DNA of 62,096 nt, filler included, from a bacterium (GTDB lineage Bacteria; JALSQH01), in NCBI GenBank assembly GCA_027004335.1. It is 9 parts of 9 records of this genome, joined end to end, with 100 filler letters (N's around TTAATTAATTAA, not from the genome) between each part and the next. Parts side by side here need not be neighbours in the genome. Positions count along the whole stretch, not along the records: positions 58,860 to 60,449 come from JALTID010000032.1; positions 60,550 to 62,096 come from JALTID010000038.1; 7 more parts are not named here. The stretch is one strand, 5' to 3'. This document shows positions 58,907 through 62,096 of this stretch, piece by piece; the stretch's first letter is position 1; every line of letters begins with the position of its first letter. The notes beneath the pieces were generated by a model. That model saw only the letters and a program-made list of their open reading frames with translations. It was not told where the DNA came from and made no database searches. The translations under genes were made by a program, and so were the position numbers.

Positions 58907-59530
58907 ATGGGTTTAAAGAATATTTTTAGGGGTCTCTTTAAAAAACCAAATAAGGAAGAGCCTCCTAAACCAGAAGAAGTACCGAAAGAAGATTCTTTTT
59001 CTAAGCAAGAAAATTTTCCTCCACCAAAGATAGAAGATTTTAACAGTGAGATTCCAGAACTACCAGATCTGGACATCCCAGAGGAGCTTGGCGGGATAGA
59101 TAAATTCGAACCTCACACCTCAGTTAAACCTCACCCTAAAACAGGGATAATCCCCCCACCTCCACCAGAGGGTGAGGATACTTCTTCTCTACCTGACCTT
59201 CCACCACTGGACTTCTCAAAGAAAATTAACCCGCTAAAAAAGGAATATGAGAAGAAAGAGGGGGAAAAGAAAGAGGCAAAGCCAAAAACTACCTTTATCA
59301 AGAAAAATTATGAGTATGTAATTGAAGACGAATTTTCAAAGATTTACACAAACCTTGAAGAAGTCCAGACCCAAGCAAGAAACAGCCACAGATACCTTGA
59401 AATGATAAAGCTTCACAATAAAAAGGAAAGAAAGATGAAAGAATTTAAAGAATTAATGTTAAAGATTTACTCAGAACTGGATTATATCCAGAGAATAATG
59501 TTTGAAAAGGGTGAAAAAAATGGCAGATGA
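58907..59530 (+). CDS. Hypothetical protein: amphipathic N-terminus, Pro/acidic linker, C-terminal ~65-aa coiled coil (DPANN-like family)
   Basis: SD GAGGTG before ATG 58907; MGLKNIFRGLFKK; LPDL/PPPPP repeats; C-terminal helix ending LDYIQRIMFEKG. Confidence 0.8.
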   Translation: MGLKNIFRGLFKKPNKEEPPKPEEVPKEDSFSKQENFPPPKIEDFNSEIPELPDLDIPEELGGIDKFEPHTSVKPHPKTGIIPPPPPEGEDTSSLPDLPPLDFSKKINPLKKEYEKKEGEKKEAKPKTTFIKKNYEYVIEDEFSKIYTNLEEVQTQARNSHRYLEMIKLHNKKERKMKEFKELMLKIYSELDYIQRIMFEKGEKNGR

Positions 59531-59750
59531 ATTTGAGAAAACTGTTTTTGTTAAGATTGATGATTATGAACAGGTTTTGACCAGGGTTAATAATTTAAAT
59601 CAAAACCTTAAATCAGCCAAAGCAATACTGGATGAAATTAAAAAGATAAAGCAGAGTGAGAGCTCTGAAATTGAAAACTGGGAAAAAGAGCTTGAAGCAA
59701 TGCTGGAAAAGGTTGATTACATAACTAAAACAATGGCAAGGTCAGGATAA
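59520..59750 (+). CDS. Hypothetical 76-aa coiled-coil protein (FVKIDDY family, DPANN-like)
   Basis: SD GGTGA before ATG 59520; VFVKIDDY followed by a heptad helix ending W.KELE...KVDYI. Confidence 0.8.
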   Translation: MADEFEKTVFVKIDDYEQVLTRVNNLNQNLKSAKAILDEIKKIKQSESSEIENWEKELEAMLEKVDYITKTMARSG

Positions 59751-59751
59751 A

Positions 59752-60165
59752 ATGAGTTTGTTTGTTAAGCTTGAGGATCCTGTAAAGCTTAAGAAAGCTC
59801 TTCTTATTACTAAGATGGCTGCTCTTAATAATATGAAGAGATATGAAGAGTGCAAGCAGTTTAAAAAGGAAATAAAGGAAAAGGCAGCTTCTATTAATGA
59901 GATTTTTATCAATGTGCCCCCTCTCGTAGAAGAGATTAAGAGGATGCTTCCAGAAGTGGATATAAAGAAACTTACCTTTGAGAAAGGCATGCTAAAATGT
60001 GAAATCTGCGGTAAGAGATTTAAGACAGAACAGGGATTAAAGATACACCAGGCGAATGTGCATGGTATTAAAAAAGGCACTGGCGGCGAGGGAAAGAGTC
60101 AAACAGAGGTTGACAGGCTCACAAAGGAACTGGAAGACATAGAGAGAGAGCTGAAAGACCTTTAG
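59752..60165 (+). CDS. Hypothetical coiled-coil protein with internal C2H2 zinc finger (DPANN-like family)
   Basis: LFVKLEDP..LKK.LL; long helix ending LP; CEICGKRFKTEQGLKIHQANVH; tail EVDRL..EL.DIE.EL..L. Confidence 0.82.
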   Translation: MSLFVKLEDPVKLKKALLITKMAALNNMKRYEECKQFKKEIKEKAASINEIFINVPPLVEEIKRMLPEVDIKKLTFEKGMLKCEICGKRFKTEQGLKIHQANVHGIKKGTGGEGKSQTEVDRLTKELEDIERELKDL

Positions 60166-60376
60166 TTCTGTTAAGTTGGTGTAACATCAGGGGTAAGGGT
60201 AGTTTGTGCAGTGGGGCAAATTTGGGAAAAATCCTGCAAGGATTTTCCTCTTAATCGCTGTTATGTGGTGAGCCTGCAAGAAAAACTGCTGGAGAAAATC
60301 TTGGATTTTCGTAAGCACAGTATGACGCAAGGAAAAGTTCGTAACATTTATATGGAAACTCTTTTTTATTATCAGT

Positions 60377-60449
60377 ATGACAATTAATTATTATTATCAA
60401 TCTGAGAAATACAAACCTGAAAAAGTAGATATTTTATTAATTGGTGAAG
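60377..60449 (+). CDS. 5' fragment of a hypothetical protein, possibly uracil-DNA-glycosylase-superfamily-like
   Basis: MTINYYYQSEKYKPEKVDILLIGE runs into the contig end; TTTATA lies about 25-30 nt upstream. Confidence 0.4.
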
Positions 60450-60549
60450 NNNNNNNNNNNNNNNNNNNNNNNNNNNNNNNNNNNNNNNNNNNNTTAATTA
60501 ATTAANNNNNNNNNNNNNNNNNNNNNNNNNNNNNNNNNNNNNNNNNNNN

Positions 60550-61908
60550 AAGTACAGGACAGGTGTGAAGAAGAGATCTCCCCCGATGGAACTTATTGAC
60601 AATACAGGGAGTTTCTTTCTTTCCGCAACAGTGAATGGAAAGCGATACACCTATTTTCCCTTCTCAGTATCCCGGGGAGTTAAATTTTATATATTAAAAT
60701 ACAAAAATTTTTCTTTTGCCGCTACAGAGGAAATTAAGTATAAAAGGAAGGGTTATTTACTTAACACTGTTGTTGTTTACCATAATAACCTTACCGAGCC
60801 CGTGGATCTAAAATTATCATTTGAACTTTTCTATAGAATCTCAGGAAAGAGTTCCCGCTACCATTTCAAGGGCGCAGTGGTAGACCTTGGTGGAAAATTG
60901 AAAAAGGTTACCATGAAAACTCTGAAGAAAAAAGGAGATATGCTCTTTAGTGGCGAGATTCACTGGGCAGGTTTTGCAGATAGTTATTTTCTTCAGGCGC
61001 TTCTGATGAAGTCTAACAATCCAGTGATCAGAGTTCATAGATATTCCAACGAGCTGATGCAGATGGAGATAACCGTTTATGATAAGGCTCTTGATCCAGG
61101 AAAATGTGTAGGTAGAAAGTTGGGAATTTATATTGGGCCCAAGAAGTTATCTGTTTTAAAAGAAGTTGGGAACGACCTTCATATAGCGGTGGATTTCGGC
61201 ATATGGGGCATAGTTGCAAGACCCATTCTTGCCCTTCTGAATCTCTTTAACATAATTTTTCATAACTACGGGGTAAGTATAATTCTCCTTACGATACTGA
61301 TAAAAATTCTTTTCTACCCGCTTACCCTTAAAAGTTACAGGTCTATGGCAAAACTTAAGGAATTACAACCAGTTATGGAGGAAATTAAGAAAAAATATGC
61401 TGATGATAAGGAGAAAATGAACCAGAAGTTAATGGAGCTTTACAAGGAATATAAGGTAAATCCTATGGGGGGATGTCTGCCCACTCTCCTTCAGCTTCCT
61501 ATTTTTATAGCTCTCTATTATGTCTTGCTTAAAGCTATAGAACTGAGGCATGCCCCCTTCTTCCTCTGGATGAATGATCTGAGTGCCCCTGATAATCTGG
61601 TGGTTTTTGCTCTTGGTGGATTTCATCTCCCCATCAGGATCCTGCCACTTCTCATGGGAGCGACGATGTACTATCAGCAAAAATTGACTCCCTCCACCAT
61701 GGACAAGTCTCAGCAAGCAATTTTTACCTTTCTCCCAATAATTTTTACTTTTCTTTTTTATGGACTCCCATCCGGCTTGATGCTCTACTGGTCAACGAAT
61801 AACATAATTTCTATTTATCAACAGCTCAGAATTAATAAGCTTCTTGAATCAGAAGGAGATAAGGAGAGTAAGAAGGTAAAAAAGTTTAGGAAAAAGATAA
61901 AAAAATGA
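60550..61908 (+). CDS. yidC: Membrane protein insertase YidC (5'-truncated)
   Basis: W.G....YF, YIGPK, VDFG, NYG.SII.LT..IK..F.PL, MAK...LQP, LYK...VNP.GGCLP.L.Q.PIF, ELRHAPF..W..DLS.PD, PSGL.LYW. Confidence 0.96.
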   Translation, partial: KYRTGVKKRSPPMELIDNTGSFFLSATVNGKRYTYFPFSVSRGVKFYILKYKNFSFAATEEIKYKRKGYLLNTVVVYHNNLTEPVDLKLSFELFYRISGKSSRYHFKGAVVDLGGKLKKVTMKTLKKKGDMLFSGEIHWAGFADSYFLQALLMKSNNPVIRVHRYSNELMQMEITVYDKALDPGKCVGRKLGIYIGPKKLSVLKEVGNDLHIAVDFGIWGIVARPILALLNLFNIIFHNYGVSIILLTILIKILFYPLTLKSYRSMAKLKELQPVMEEIKKKYADDKEKMNQKLMELYKEYKVNPMGGCLPTLLQLPIFIALYYVLLKAIELRHAPFFLWMNDLSAPDNLVVFALGGFHLPIRILPLLMGATMYYQQKLTPSTMDKSQQAIFTFLPIIFTFLFYGLPSGLMLYWSTNNIISIYQQLRINKLLESEGDKESKKVKKFRKKIKK

Positions 61909-62096
61909 AAAAGAGTTTCTTCTTGCTTGCAATTTCCTTATTATTCATGTTTGCCTGTAGCGGTACCTATAAGCCAGAGTGCAAAACCCCAATTCCCGGT
62001 CAGTGGGCAGAACCTGAGAATATTATTCCCTTTTATGATCCTCAATGGGGAGAAGGAGGTCTTGTTTTGAACACCAACCTGAAGGGACAATTTTGC
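61905..62096 (+). CDS. Lipoprotein of unknown function (3'-truncated by window end)
   Basis: ATGA overlap with the yidC stop; MKKSFFLLAISLLFMFAC lipobox. Confidence 0.7.
   Translation, partial: MKKSFFLLAISLLFMFACSGTYKPECKTPIPGQWAEPENIIPFYDPQWGEGGLVLNTNLKGQFC

Noticed and set aside
15576-60549. Eight identical TTAATTAATTAA palindromes flanked by N runs, which could be mistaken for a repeat family
   Set aside because: They are artificial six-frame-stop contig linkers. Adjacency across them has no biological meaning, and ORFs ending in X...N or LIN are artefacts.
1-62096. rRNA, tRNA, CRISPR arrays, transposases, integrases and prophage genes
   Set aside because: None was recognisable by eye in the intergenic regions or ORFs. 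tRNAscan-SE and Infernal would be needed to exclude small RNAs formally.

Overview
This 62 kb window is not one continuous locus. It is nine contigs joined by 100-bp artificial spacers (N44-TTAATTAATTAA-N44) at 15576, 21156, 26725, 32287, 37837, 43339, 58760 and 60450, plus two 10-N gaps. Eight contigs look like an AT-rich, diderm, probably anaerobic bacterium of the deltaproteobacterial grade. They carry lpxC, IHF, a sigma54 regulator next to a PilB/GspE ATPase, metVF, a lidless Hsp70 paralog, a beta-barrel/OmpA protein, an MCP and yidC. Fatty-acid genes recur: two acyl-CoA ligases, an NDP-forming acyl-CoA synthetase, fadF, fadA-fadN under a FadR/YsiA-type operator, a phasin-like protein and an SCP2-like protein. 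Secreted glycosidase lipoproteins (GH2, MYORG-like GH31) are also present. One short contig (58860-60449) is different. It has GGTG(A)-type ribosome-binding and TATA-like signals and an operon of three uncharacterised coiled-coil proteins resembling DPANN-archaeal families; one has an amphipathic N-terminus with a Pro-rich linker and one has an inserted C2H2 zinc finger. This is the best candidate for an undescribed system. Other highlights are a JAB-domain/DinG helicase operon with an unannotated 46-aa first ORF behind a perfect sigma70 promoter, an Hsp70 ending in a MinD-like membrane-targeting helix, an mgsA with an in-frame TGA at a Cys position, several cryptic pseudogenes and many apparently leaderless genes. 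I saw no rRNA, tRNA, CRISPR array or transposase. All family assignments come from motif recognition, not database searches.
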